NCBI RefSeq assembly: GCF_006345805.1
Contig: NC_043002.1
Location: 12,524,001-12,588,000 of the forward strand
Direction: 5' to 3'
DNA: 64,000 nucleotides
Source: Octopus sinensis
Taxonomy: Eukaryota
A program made the translations under genes and the position numbers. The notes beneath the pieces were generated by a model. The model saw nothing but the letters and a program-made list of their open reading frames with translations. It was not told the origin of the DNA and did no database searches. Shown here one piece after another: positions 12,778-25,820 of this stretch. How positions within the stretch are numbered: the stretch's first letter is position 1; every line of letters begins with the position of its first letter.

Positions 12778-12849
12778 ACGGTTACTGATAAGGATTCGCC
12801 TAGCAAATTATTTATTTGCTAAAATAATCCCAAACCTTAGTATGACCGT
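12778..12849 (+). ncRNA. Type I hammerhead relic (G8A, G12C) in a Penelope-like element (~12650-12990)
   Basis: ACGGTTA-CTGATAA-GGATT..AATCC-CAAA-C CTTA G-TA-TGACCGT with a 7-bp stem I. Downstream sequence is homologous to the arms of 14273-14597. Confidence 0.6.
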
Positions 12850-13101
12850 AAATAATAAGTTAAAAGTTTTTATTTTTCATTCCCTTTGAAAATTGCTATT
12901 AATTTGTGGTTTTGGTCGTTTTCACTGCTTCTTCTAGCATGTAAATATTACCTGTTAAAGGTAGTTTTCTCTTGTGTTTAAATGTACATCATTATAAAAT
13001 TGAATTTGTTGTCTATTGACTTTACATACATGCTAGGCCACTGGTGGTGATATTTGTAACAAATATTCACCACCCCATATAATTTTACGTATATATATAT
13101 A

Positions 13102-13145
<44 letters not shown>

Positions 13146-13628
13146 GTAAAACAACACTCCTGTTCGTTCATTGGTTCTCTGCTGATTGTAAAATGATATT
13201 TGTGCATTTGATTCCCTATTTGTAAGCTTTGTGCTGTGTTGGCTATTATTATGCTTCATATCGTTTACACGTCTAATAGCACTCCCTCGTTCAGTAAATA
13301 TTTCTAACGTGATTTCATCGCACTTTTAATCTCTCTCTTTTTACGAAAGTTAAAGTTAGTCCAGCCTCTATGTTGTCGTTTACTATGTTAGAAATAGAAA
13401 ATATTACGTGGGGTTATTGTAAAGCCTACAGCCTACAGCCGACCAAAAAGTTGTAACTCTAATATTTTCCCCCCAGATATGCCAGCATTTCTTTAAAATT
13501 TCCTTGTATTAAAAAAACATGTCTTTACTTAATTCCAGAAGGTCGTTAAATATTTACACATCTGATTTCCAATTTGTGAAATTTTTCTGAAGTGCTAGGT
13601 CTAATAATTTTAGTATTTTTTATTCCAG

Positions 13629-13711
13629 TCATACTGCTCATCCATTCAATGGATAATTTTAGAATAGTTGCAAGCAGTCAAAAACAGTATTGCGATTTAT
13701 GGAGAAACCAG
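13629..13711 (+). CDS. Candidate internal exon, unknown protein
   Basis: TTTTTATTCCAG acceptor, CAG|GTATGT donor, one open frame (ILLIHSMDNFRIVASSQKQYCDLWRNQ). No recognised homology. Confidence 0.2.
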
Positions 13712-13750
13712 GTATGTGCAATTTTGCAATCTTACCTCATCCACAATTTA

Positions 13751-13787
<37 letters not shown>

Positions 13788-13788
<1 letters not shown>

Positions 13789-14080
13789 CGGAGATGTACT
13801 TACATAGCAAGTGACCTGATCTGAGACCATGAGCTGAAACAAAAGCAATTGCAGCATGGAAGATGTTTGTTAGCCATTTAAAAACACAAGACCGTTCGAT
13901 TCACTTCAACATTTAAAGTTAATTTGCCAAATATTTTCGTCGCTTTGAAACCGTGTTGCATGGAATTTTGTCAGTGAACAGGTTGCGGTTTCAAAGCGAC
14001 GAAAATATTTTGACAAATTAATTTTTAATGTTCAGGTGAATCTAACGGTTTTTGTGTGTTCTTAAATGGCTTATAAACCC
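13788..14080 (+). mobile_element. Fold-back HHR element, G3-C8 family, copy 1
   Basis: Inverted arms ~13866-13953 and ~13987-14077; homologous end to end with 28088-28392. Confidence 0.75.
13967..14017 (+). ncRNA. Type I hammerhead ribozyme, G3-C8 core variant
   Basis: TTTGTCA-GTGAACA-G-GTTGC ggtttcaaa GCGAC-GAAA-ATAT-TT-TGACAAA: 7-bp stem I, 5-bp stem II, palindromic AATATT stem III. Confidence 0.75.
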
Positions 14081-14272
14081 TAATTAGTGGTTTGGACTTT
14101 GGCTCTTCCTTCTAGCGTAAGGGAGTCCTATGAGGGATACGTCTTAATGTGTTTAAATGTACACTGCATTATATATATATATATATATATTAATATAGGG
14201 TAGGAAAAATTATAGAAATTTTTTCTACCAATGGCCTAGTATGTATACAAAATCAATAGACATATTTTTCAT

Positions 14273-14597
14273 ATAAAAATTAGTGTACATTTATACACAA
14301 AGAGGCAAGCCATTAACAGGTTGCCTAACATACTAGAAAGAACAGTCAAAAAGTCCAAACCACAGTTAAGAGCAATTTCGAAGGGAATGAAAAAAAAGAA
14401 TAAAACATTTACCATGTTTTACTGCCGGACCTCAAGTTTCGAATTTTAATTATCAAATAAAATAGATTGCAAGGCGAATTCTCATCAACAGATACTTCAA
14501 ATTTGTGGTTTGGACATTTTGACTGTTCTTTCTAGTATGTTAGACCGCCTGTTAAGGCTCGCCTCTTTGTACTTAAATATATACACTAATTTTCATA
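14273..14597 (-). mobile_element. Fold-back HHR element
   Basis: Inverted arms ~14273-14364 and ~14504-14597; HHR in the spacer. Confidence 0.7.
14422..14495 (-). ncRNA. Type I hammerhead motif (C3U)
   Basis: TTGATGA 14488-14482, stem II GAATT/AATTC, GAAA 14440-14437, CTTGAGG, GTC triplet, then CGGCAG. Confidence 0.6.
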
Positions 14598-14611
14598 TAT
14601 ATATATAATAT

Positions 14612-14678
<67 letters not shown>

Positions 14679-15266
14679 TGTGTACTTGTCTCTGTGTGTA
14701 TGAGAGCGCGTACCGAGAAAATGTATGCTTTTGAAAATAAACATGTTAGCTGATCTGCGAAAAAAATTCCCATAAATCTAATGTTATAATAGCTTGTATG
14801 GACAGTGTAAAAGCGTTTGGAGCCAAGTATTGTACTGTGGATATATTTATGCTAATCTCAATCTTGGCATAAACATATTCTTTTTATTATTTCTTATGGT
14901 ACTTCTAGTGTAAAAGTCTTTGTTCGGTAATTTAGGCTGACTTTCTCAATTTTTTATAACTTGTTATCTAGTAGTAATTTATGGTGAACAGAATTTGTTA
15001 GAACCGCTGGGAACTTGAGAAAGAGAAAGAGAGGAGACGAGCTATGAAGAACTGAAGAAAATTATGGGCAAAACAGAGTGAGAGATACAAAAAGAAATGA
15101 ATTTGAGCGACTTAATAATGAGAAAAGTAAACATTAAACGAAAATGACGAAAAATTTCTAGAGACAGGTTGCACTTTTATTTCGAAAATTCTTCTATCGA
15201 CAAAATACTCACGTACACGCGCAAATATAACCGAACACACACAGACCACACACACACACACACGCA

Positions 15267-15305
<39 letters not shown>

Positions 15306-15706
15306 ACATAAACACAAATGCGCGCGCACACACACACACACATACGAATACTTAGACTAAAAAACTGAAAGTATTAATATCACAAATACATCATAATTTT
15401 GAATAATTTCAACAGCTCTTTCATTGGGAATAAACATAATTAATTCCATAATTATGGAATTAAGCTACATAATTACCAGATATAAATTAATTCAACTGAA
15501 ATTAACTCAAACCAATATTCGTCCTAAAACATCTGCAATTTTAAGGGCTATGCTAGTCACGAGCCCTTGATGGTGTAAATACAAGGGTCCTATAATTAAT
15601 CGATCTTTTAATTACTGTAGTCATAATTTTGTATTGTTTAATAAATCATCTTTTTATGTGGATGTGTGTATGTGATGTGTGAATATATGTATGTATATTT
15701 ATATTA

Positions 15707-16215
15707 TATAGAGGGCACTCTTACACATAGATGCCTCCCGCTAGGAGGGATCTTAAAGTCAAAACTACTAAAATAAATGAACACATCGTACCGAAACAAT
15801 TCTCGAAGCAGTTCATTTCAAAACAGAATTTAGCCGCATATCACACTGTGATTTCGTAATCGGTGCAGTATTATGCACTATTAACTCTTCAGTGCAAGCA
15901 TAATTCAAGATATATAATGAATAAGCAAAACCAACATACCAAGCGAACAGCTATAGTATCCAACGCAGCATGTAGGAATGTTTACCCCTTACACATCTAT
16001 ATAAATGGCGAGCTTTTTCGAATTGCATTTCGGTCACAACGTGCTTATTCGGAATAAAAATTCATTATTGAATATACTCCGGTTAAATTTACAATTTAAA
16101 AATAGGATAAAATCTTCATAAGAATTTATCTACGATGTGTTTATTTATTTTAGTAGTTTTGACTTTAAGAGTCCCTCCTAGCGTGAGGCTTCTATGTGTA
16201 AAAGTGCCCTCTATA
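15707..16215 (-). mobile_element. Fold-back HHR element
   Basis: Inverted arms ~15707-15790 and ~16131-16215; intact HHR 45 nt upstream of the left arm on the minus strand. Confidence 0.7.
15834..15897 (-). ncRNA. Type I hammerhead ribozyme, fully canonical core
   Basis: TTGCA-CTGAAGA-GTTAAT.GTGCA..TGCAC..ATTAC-GAAA-TCAC AGT GTGA-TA-TGCGG; predicted cleavage after AUA between 15839 and 15838. Confidence 0.85.
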
Positions 16216-16434
16216 CAATATAAATATATAAATTTAAAAGAAAAAAAAATTAGGGTGTTTTTTTTCTCCCATGAGGTTTTTCACGTTAACTACTTGATAA
16301 ATTCTTATGAAGATTTTATCCTATTTTTAAATTGAACTCAGAACATGAAGACGGACGAAACGCCGCTAAGCATTTTCACCGGCGTGCTAACGATCCTGCT
16401 CCATCGCCGTCTTATAATAATAATTCTATAAAAT

Positions 16435-16650
16435 GATCTTTTCTACTCTAGGCACAAAGCCCGAAGATTTTGAGGAGGGGGGCAATCGATTAGATCGACC
16501 CCATTACGCAACTGGTACTTAATTTATCGACGCCCAAAAGGATGAAAGGCAAAGTCGACCTCGGTGGAATTGGAACTCAGAATGTAAAGACAGTTGAAAT
16601 ACAGCTAAGCATTTCACCCGGCTTAGTAATGTTTCTTCAAGCTCGCCGCC
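16435..16650 (-). mobile_element. SINE family C (Meta-like tRNA SINE) with 23-bp TSD
   Basis: GCCTTTCATCCTT..GGGTCGATAAATTAAGTACC central motif; TTATAATAATAATTCTATAAAAT at 16412-16434 and 16651-16673. An older head fragment lies at 16335-16411. Confidence 0.85.
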
Positions 16651-16796
16651 TTATAATAATAATTCTATAAAATAATATTTGTCAGATTAGCATAATGTAC
16701 CTCACAGTAGAATCGAACCAAACACCTCCTCAATGCAAAGCAATGTTATATGCAGTTGCATTTGAATAACTAGTTTTTATAGACTAAGAGTTTTTA

Positions 16797-17187
16797 GGTG
16801 GCGAGCTGTCAGAAACGTTAGCACGCCGGGCGAAATGCTTAGCAGTATTTCGTCTGCCGCTACATTCTGAGTTTAAATTCCGCCGAGGTCGATTTTGCCT
16901 TTTATCCTTTCGGGGTAGATAAATTAAGTACCAGTTACGCAATGGGGTCGATGTAATCGGCTTAATCCCTTTGTCTGTCCTTGTTTGTCCCCTCTGTGTT
17001 TAGCCCCTTGTGGGTAGTAAAGAAATAGGTATCTCGTCTGCCGCTACGTTCTGAGTTCAAATTCCGCCAAAGTCGACTTTGCCTTTCGGGGTCGAAAAAT
17101 TAAGTACTAGTTGCGTACAAGGGTAGATCTAATCGACTGGCCCCCTCCACCAAAATGTCGATCCTTGTGCCTGGAGTCGAAAAGAAT
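16797..17187 (+). mobile_element. SINE family C, internally dimeric
   Basis: Head GGCGAGCTG.CAGAAACGTTAGC; the B-box/central unit is repeated head to tail. Confidence 0.85.
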
Positions 17188-17219
17188 GTATTTTTGTGAG
17201 ATTTGTGTGTTAAAATATA

Positions 17220-18140
17220 TTGAGTCATCCCATAAATAATGCGGTTTTTTCAATTGAACTAAAAGTCGGAATGGGACGGGATAAACTATCTGTATCAACT
17301 TCGTAAAAAAGAAGGTAGTAATTTTACCAAGTACTTATTCATAGTGGAAGTTTTGAAGAGTACAGTTCGATTTTATCAGTTATTTTTTAAAAGCCATGGT
17401 GGAAGTGACAAAGAAGCATATTTGTTATATTTTGCTTTATGAGTTCAGTAAAGGCAACAACGCAACGAAAAGTGCGAGGAATATTAATGCAGTATATGGG
17501 GATTTGACAATAAGTGTAAGCCAGTGTCAATGGTTGTTCCAGAAATTCCGAGCCGGAAACTACAGCCTAAAGGACGAGCCTCATCTTGGAAGATTTGTAG
17601 GGCTCGACGAGGACGGCTTGCGAAACCAGGTGAAACCAAATCCATCGTAACTGTTAAGGAATTAGCTGAGAAGCTTGGATTTAGTCCTTCAACCATTCAT
17701 AGACACCTGCGCATCATCAGAAAACGACCATATTTGGTTTCAAGACGAAAGGTGTTCTTCCATCAGGATTAATGCTCGGCCACATACAGCAAGGATGACA
17801 TTCCAAACGCTGGAGCAGTTTCAATGGGAAACGATGATGCCCACTACATACGCTGGACATTACCCCATCTGATTATCATTTATTCCGCATTCTTCAAAAT
17901 CATTTAGACGGATAAAATATGAATTCTATAGACGAAACTCAGAACAGTACTGGAGGAGTATTTTTCGTCACGGACAAATGAATTCTGGAAGAAGGGCCTT
18001 GCAAGTCTATCAGATAGATGGAAGAGCATTGTAGAAAATGAAGGAGAGTATATTTTAGATTTAAAAAGAATTTTGTTTACCATAACTTTGAAAGATAAAA
18101 AAAAGTTTTAAAAAATCGCATTATTTATTGGATAAATCAA
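17220..18140 (+). mobile_element. Mariner, same family as 8494-9702, internally deleted
   Basis: TIRs with TA flanks; ORF MVEVTKKHICYILLYEF...; ~300 bp missing at 17720-17724 relative to the other copy. Confidence 0.9.
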
Positions 18141-18264
18141 TATTTAAAATTTCATTACTAGATTAACGGATTAAAAACATTACCTTGTTCGAATGAGTTA
18201 TTGGACTTATTAAGGGTTTAGGCGATAAAATTTAGATTAACAACTAATCAGTTATAGAATATAC

Positions 18265-18367
18265 GGGTAGTAGTAGTAGTAGTAGTAGAAGTAGTAGTAG
18301 CGATGTTTGTAGTGGTAGTAAAGGTAATAAAATACTAGTAGTATCAGCAGTGGTGGTGGTAGTAAGG

Positions 18368-18417
<50 letters not shown>

Positions 18418-18572
18418 GTAGTAGTAGTAGTAGTAGTAGTAGTAGCGGTGGTTGTAGTGGTAGCAACACTACTAAAATAGTGGGAGTATCAGCAGTGGTG
18501 GTGGCAGTAACGGTTTTAGTAGTAGTAGTAGTAGTAGTAGTAGTGGCAGTAGTAGCAGTAGTAGTATTAGTG

Positions 18573-18608
<36 letters not shown>

Positions 18609-18640
18609 TAGTAGTAGTAGGAATAGGAGTAGTAGCGGCG
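18265..18640. repeat. (GTA)n/(TTA)n compound trinucleotide repeats
   Basis: Direct inspection. Confidence 0.9.
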
Positions 18641-18844
18641 ATGTTTTAGGCGTTACTCTGAGCTCATACATCATAAGCGTCTGTGACGCCATTATCTTCG
18701 CAAGATATCTCACTCCATTCGCTAATATATCTGATACGAGAGCATTTACTGTAATGATTTCCAAATGTGACCCATTATATACTACAACAACAATCTACTA
18801 CCCATACACCACTCAGAAACACACACACACACATTCAATGCATA

Positions 18845-18911
<67 letters not shown>

Positions 18912-19067
18912 GTACATACATATATATATATATTATACGTACATACATATATATATATATACATATATATATATAAATATGTATACACATATAAACACAC
19001 ATACATACAATCACACACAAACATACACACAGATATATGTATCTATGTTACTATCTATCTATCCATA

Positions 19068-19133
<66 letters not shown>

Positions 19134-19314
19134 ATATATATTATTATACATATATAATATGTATATATGTAAATATATATATACATGTATAATATTTACA
19201 TATATATATATATAATGTATATACATTTACTTATATATATATACATGTATAATACACATATATATAATGTATATATATATCATATATATATAAATATAAA
19301 TGTAAATAATAAAT

Positions 19315-19374
<60 letters not shown>

Positions 19375-19595
19375 GAAAGAAGCCGGTCGTATATGTATAT
19401 ATGTGTGTGTTTGTCCCTCCAGCATCGCTTGACGACCGATGGTGGTGTGTTTGCATCCCCGTGGCATAGCGGTTCGGCAGAAGAGACTGATGGAGTGAGT
19501 ACAGGGCTTGCAAGGTGTGTATCCTGGAGTCGATTTGCTCGACTAGTAGCGGCCGTTCAGCATGGCCGCAGTCAAATGGCTGAAACATGTAAAAG

Positions 19596-19600
<5 letters not shown>
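19375..19600 (+). mobile_element. SINE family A, 3' part
   Basis: Tail module match. A diverged minus-strand tail fragment follows at ~19645-19820. Confidence 0.8.
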
Positions 19601-19628
<28 letters not shown>

Positions 19629-19901
19629 GCGTGTGTGTAGGATCGCTGCCATGCTGGAGCACCGCTTTAAATGGTTTAGCGGGCAAAACAACCCCAGTAC
19701 TTATTTTCTTAGTATACTACTTATCTTATGGTTTCTTTTGTTAGGGAGCGGGATCCCAAACATACCAACAACAGTTTCAAGCGGTAGAAGGGGACACGTA
19801 CAACACAAACGACAAATACATATACATCAATCATACATATATACATCAATATGAACATATACACATATGTATGTAATTACACACACACACCATATATAGT
19901 A

Positions 19902-20302
19902 ATCTTTTCTACTCTAGGCACAAGGCCCGAAATTTTGCGGCGGTGGGGGGGGGGGCGGCAAATCGATTACTTCGACCCCGGTACTCAACTCGCACTTAAT
20001 TTATCGACCCCGAAAGAATAAAAAGCAAAGTCAACTTCGGCTGAATTTGAACTCAGAACGTAGCGGCAGACCTATGTCTTTACTACCCACGAGAAGCTAA
20101 ATACAGAGAGGACAAACAAGGACAGACAAACGGATTAACTCGATTACATCGACCCTAGTGCGTAACTGGTACTTATTTAATCGACCTCGAAAGGATGAAA
20201 GGCAAAGTCGACCTCGGCGGAATTTGAACTCAGAACGTAACGTCAAACGAAATACCGCTAGGCAATTCGCCCGGCGTGCTAACGTTTCTGCCAGCTCGCC
20301 CC
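19902..20302 (-). mobile_element. SINE family C, dimeric
   Basis: Two tandem GAACTCAGAACGTA...ATCGACC units. Confidence 0.85.
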
Positions 20303-20564
20303 CTTACACGCACATGCACGCACGCACGCACACACACACACATACACATACGCAATAATAACAATAATCCTTTGGTGGAATTTATAAACGCTTAATATAT
20401 CGCTACGCGCGTTTCCACATACTACAAGTCTCTTAAGATCATAGGCTGTATTGCTGGGATGATTGCTGTATAATCCGTAGTATCCGTGGACCTCGAGTTG
20501 ATCATCCTCATGGATTCATTTCATCAGGCGATAACACATTAGTGGACGTACAACAGAGGGATTT

Positions 20565-20616
20565 TATCCCATTTTACCAGAACGAAGGTTAAGATTCTTT
20601 CTTGTAAAATGGGATA
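20565..20616. ncRNA. Candidate pre-miRNA-like hairpin
   Basis: TATCCCATTTTAC-C-AGAA-C-GAA ggttaaga TTC-T-TTCT-T-GTAAAATGGGATA, ~20 bp paired, in sequence not repeated elsewhere in the window. No known miRNA recognised. Confidence 0.25.
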
Positions 20617-20927
20617 TACAGAAAACGAAACCTGTTAATGGACGTCTGAAATCAGTAGAGTCAATAGCGATCCAATGGCTGGGTGTCAGGAACCCCGCTT
20701 CCTAAAAGAATGATGGCCGCTGGCTCCTCCCACTCATTGCGAAGTCAGATTTTGTTATTGTTTGTTTCTGCGTAGTTATTGTCTTTAAATTTCCGTATAG
20801 GTGTTACTGCCAGCCATTGTTTTTAACTGAAAACCTTTAGAATCACATAAAAGTATTGGTTAGGCTTGTCTACAAGTCACAATATGTATACGACAGTCAC
20901 CATATGTATACGAACACGAACATATAA

Positions 20928-21286
20928 ATGGCTCCAGGTTCAGTCCCACTGCGTGGCACCATGGCCCAAGTGTCTTCTACTATAGCCAAGGGCTGACCAA
21001 AGCCTTGTGAGTGGATTTGGTAGATGGAAACTGAATGAAGCCCGTCGTATAAATGTATATATGTATGTGTGTGTATATATTTGTGTGTCTGTGTTTGTCT
21101 CCCCCCAGCATCGCTTGACAAGCGATGCTGGTGTGTTTACATCCCCGAAACCTAGCGGTTCGGCAAAACGAACCGATAGAATAAGTATTAGGCTTACAAA
21201 GAATAACTCCTGGGGTCGATTTGCTTGACTAAAGGCAGTGCTCCAGCATGGGCGCAGTCAAATGACTGAAACAAGTAAAGAGAGTA
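20928..21286 (+). mobile_element. SINE family A, 5' truncated
   Basis: Starts just before the B box; head, microsatellite and tail present. Confidence 0.85.
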
Positions 21287-21901
21287 TTCTATACCGGCTT
21301 GTGGGTGTCCGTAGACATAACTTAACATTGTGACATATTTCGTCTTAGAATGAAAAGCTAAGCAAAAAAGGGTTTCATGTTCACCTATATCTGAAGCAAA
21401 CCCTTTATCTGCCTTTCTCTCTCTCTCTCACGCGCTTTTCTTTTTCTTTCTTCTTTCTCCCTCTTTCTCTCACCCCACACTCACGCAGACGCAGAAACCT
21501 ACACGTATATATGTAATAGGAAGTTGCGAAATAGCTTTGGAATTATTCATTGACCATTACACATCTAAACATAATTTGCTTTTCTGTCTGAGCAAGACAT
21601 CTTACATGCTTATCCTGCATGTACAATTTTATAACTCCGATTGGCAAACGTAACATGTGTAATGGTGAATAAATAATGCCCCCAAATTTTTCCAAATTCT
21701 TATCTTGATATATGATAACTCTGCAAAAAATTGTTCCAGAATTTTCAACTCTAATATGTATCTTACATAGATATAAAAACTTCATACTGTATTGTGGTGC
21801 TGGGATTAGAGGAAGAACTTCAAGAAAAACACAGCTTACATTTAACCCTACTTACACAATTTTATTATATATACATATATATATATATATTATATAATTA
21901 T

Positions 21902-21949
<48 letters not shown>

Positions 21950-21970
21950 GGATATATAGACAGCTATATA

Positions 21971-22400
21971 TATTATATTAAATTAGAGACAAAACCACTA
22001 TTAGGCAAATCAAACAATGAAAAACTTAAGCCAATACATAAGATTATTTAATTTATATTATTTAAATATATAACAAAATTATTAAAAAAATATAATTAAA
22101 CCTCGCCAAGATAAATATTTAAACCACCTGATGAATGACTGCGACTCAAAAATTTGAAGAAGTTAGCAGGCATGAAACGATCGTAGTGTGATATTAATTA
22201 TATTTTTTTAATAATTTTGTTATATATTTAAATAATATAAATTAAATAATCTTATGTATTGGCTTAAGTTTTTCATTGTTTGATTTGCCTAATAGTGGTT
22301 TTGTCTCTAATTTAATATAATATAATATTTTACTATAAAATTGGATTCGATCCTAAATCTGATTTTTCCCTGTAAGTTTGGATTTATTCCCTAATATTTA
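21971..22400 (+). mobile_element. Fold-back HHR element
   Basis: Inverted arms ~21971-22099 and ~22195-22323. The tail to 22400 matches the reverse complement of 5972-6085 and ends at (TA)n. Confidence 0.75.
22123..22191 (+). ncRNA. Type I hammerhead ribozyme (A10.1-U11.1)
   Basis: CAC-CTGATGA-ATG.CTGC..GCAG..CAT-GAAA-C GATC G-TA-GTG; stem I is short. Confidence 0.7.
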
Positions 22401-22499
22401 TTATTATACATATATATATATATATATTATATATATATATATATATAGTATGTATAAACTTAGATAAACGTAGATATCTTTCGTCCAGAAATTGGTCCA

Positions 22500-22744
22500 G
22501 CTATGTCTAACTTCATACCACCACTTGATGGGATTATCTGAATTCATTTTAAATCAAGTTTTGTGGTATTATGGCCCACTCAAGTAAGGAGGTTTTGCTG
22601 AGTGAGTTGTATCCAGGTATGGATGGCTTATCTGGTATTCCTTAAAGAAATTTGTCCAGATTCCGTTTAAAGGTGATGGGATCCATTTCCTCTTTGACCA
22701 GTTTTGAACAGGGCAGGACCTATATATATATATACATATGTGTA

Positions 22745-22796
<52 letters not shown>

Positions 22797-22915
22797 GTTA
22801 TGTGAGGTAATGGTGTCAGTGAGACCCAAGGTGTCGGTAATGTTGAATAAGTGGTAATGGATAGACCATAGTTAAGTTCCAGGTTCGGTGATTTTTCCAT
22901 AAGGGGTTCAACGTA
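22500..22915 (-). pseudogene. CR1/L2-group LINE 3' end fragment, split by (TA)n
   Basis: Minus translation GPALF..KEEMDPITFKRNLDKFL*GIPDKPSIPGYNSL resembles the C-terminus of CR1-type ORF2. Confidence 0.6.
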
Positions 22916-23020
22916 AGTCATATATTAGCCTGTGTATATAAAAATTTATACATATATATATGTATGTATGTATGTATGTAAGTATGCATGTAAGTATGTA
23001 AGTATGTAAGCATATATATA

Positions 23021-23051
<31 letters not shown>

Positions 23052-23103
23052 CATATACATACATACATCCACATACATACATACATACATACACATACAT
23101 ATA

Positions 23104-23138
<35 letters not shown>

Positions 23139-23501
23139 GATATATATATATATATACAGTATGAGTATAGATAGAAATATTGTTTCTATTTTAGTATATA
23201 TTAATTATGCTTACATGCATATACAAGTGTAAACGCTCAAATATCTGACTCGTATACGATATATACGTATATACCTAAATAACCCGGCTCTCTCATTCCA
23301 CTTGTACGTCTGTGTGTGTATGTGTCTGTGTGTTCCTGTGTGTGTATTCTGGTTTGTGTATTCCTCAGTGTGTGTGTGTGTGACACAGACTGTACATTTA
23401 CCTATGTATCATATATAAATATGTATTAAAAATTGTAGTCACAGAGTAATATTTCTTACAAGTATATATCATATTAACAATTACACGCACACGAATACAC
23501 G

Positions 23502-23565
<64 letters not shown>

Positions 23566-23639
23566 TACACATACACTCAAAGACACAGATAAACAAAGAC
23601 ATACTCAAAATTATACCTATGTATGTGTAAGTACATGCA

Positions 23640-24340
23640 TATATATAATACTTTTTTCGTCTGGCGTTAACAGCCCTTCTTATCTTGTTCTCCTTGTCCT
23701 GTCTCTCACTGTTATATATTTATTTTTCCACTGTTTATATGTTTGTACTGTCGTTACCGTCTTGCTTTTTTTACCCCTCTGCGAAAAGATCTCAGAATTT
23801 TAATTGATTTGCTTTTCGCAGGAAGGAAGTTTTCTTCGAAGTATACGTCTCGCTTTTATCCTTCGAAACATTTAGTAGATGAAACCTTAGCGACTGAAGA
23901 AGGGGATTTTTGAGCGTATTTAAGTGCGTGTATATATATATACATATACGAATATGCATATGAATATAATATATATATATATATGCATATATATTCGTAT
24001 ATTTATATCCATTTATATATATGTATATATATTCGTATACATGTATATGTGTATGTATATATATATATATATATATATGTTAATAAAATAGAACATATGC
24101 ATATATATAAACATATATGTACGTACCTACCTCTACATGTACATATACACGCATATATGTGTACAGGACACCAAAAAGACGTCGAACCCATAGAGAACGA
24201 AAACAATAGACACAACCAAGGACAAGACAAGCAAAAAAGAGATACACGCACTTAAATACGCTCAAATGTCCACACCCATAGACAAATACTTCTCTTTGTA
24301 CCTCACATAATATAATAATCCCATCTATGTGCGTATATAC
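23640..24340. mobile_element. Two convergent T-rich Penelope-like fragments (23640-23930 +, 24146-24340 -) around an AT microsatellite
   Basis: Both carry TTTGAGCGTATTTAAGTGCGTGTAT in opposite orientation. The end of the minus fragment matches 34160-34207. Confidence 0.4.
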
Positions 24341-24505
24341 ACTTTTATATATACATAAATACATGCATTTATGTATGTGTGTGTGTGTGCTTATATATGT
24401 ATAAGTATATATATGTATATACATATATATATATATATATAATATATATATATTATATATATACATACATATATATATAATATACATATATATATATATA
24501 TTATA

Positions 24506-24564
<59 letters not shown>

Positions 24565-25544
24565 CCACGATATATGTGTGTGTATTATGTATGTATTATA
24601 TACACTGGGAGGGGAAAAAAGTGAGAAAGAGAAACGGGGAGAGAGTTACGTACGTGCTACTTTACTCGTCTGGCGGGACAATTATCTCTCTGCTCTATCT
24701 GCATATTTTCTAATGTATCCACCTACTCATGAAATTCATATCCATTTATTCCTGATTCTGCCAGAGTCTATGAACCTACCAAACGCTCAGAACATTCTAC
24801 AACATTCTAAGTGACTTGAGATTAGAGTAGAGACCGTGCTGGTTAAACGGTGGCAGCCATTATTCTAATAGGGTGCCTTTTAAAAATATGATAAGCTGAC
24901 ATCAGCAACAACTGTATTTATATCTTATGTATGTATCTTATTTACTGATTTATTTATCATATTTTTTTCATGTTTATTTGTTTGTTTGTTTATTTATGTA
25001 TTTACTGTTGTATTTGTTGTTGTTGTTGTTGTTGTTGTTGCTGTTGTTATCATTTTTGTTATTGAGAGCCGAGGCTGGCAGCTTACATAGACAAGCAGAC
25101 GAAATGTCTTGTAACGATATGTGAGTAGAGCGTTACGTTGAATTCCTGGCATATATGGGCGAATGTGAAAATTATATACACATACACACATACACATGAA
25201 CACACACACATGTATGTATGTATGTATGTATGTATGTATGTATGTATGTATGTATATATATATATATGTATGTATGTATATATATATATATATTTACTAC
25301 AAATATTTAGATGCATATGCATATATGTATATTTGTATCATATTCGTACGTATATGTGATTATGTACCAGAACATTAGTTCATATATATATATATATTAT
25401 ATATATATATATATATTATATATATTATATATGTATATGCATGTATGTATGCATGTATGTTTGCTGTATGTATATAGGTAGGTATCTACTTACATATATG
25501 TGTGAATGCATGTGTATACAAACATTTCTATCTAGCTATCTTTC

Positions 25545-25726
25545 TAGATAGATGATAGATAGATAGATAGATAGATACAGACTTACTCATATATAGATAT
25601 GTATGTGTAAATGTATGTATATCTATGTATGTGTTCGTGCATGCATAGATATACATACATTTACTCTTACATATTTGTATATGCGTAACTCTGTGTCTGT
25701 CTGTCCATCCATCCATCCATCCATCC

Positions 25727-25820
<94 letters not shown>
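25545..25820. repeat. (GATA)n/(CCAT)n/(TCTA)n microsatellites
   Basis: Direct inspection. Confidence 0.9.

Noticed and set aside
20660-20740. CCAAT box and CTCCTCCC as a promoter
   Set aside because: Short motifs expected by chance; no downstream exon evidence.
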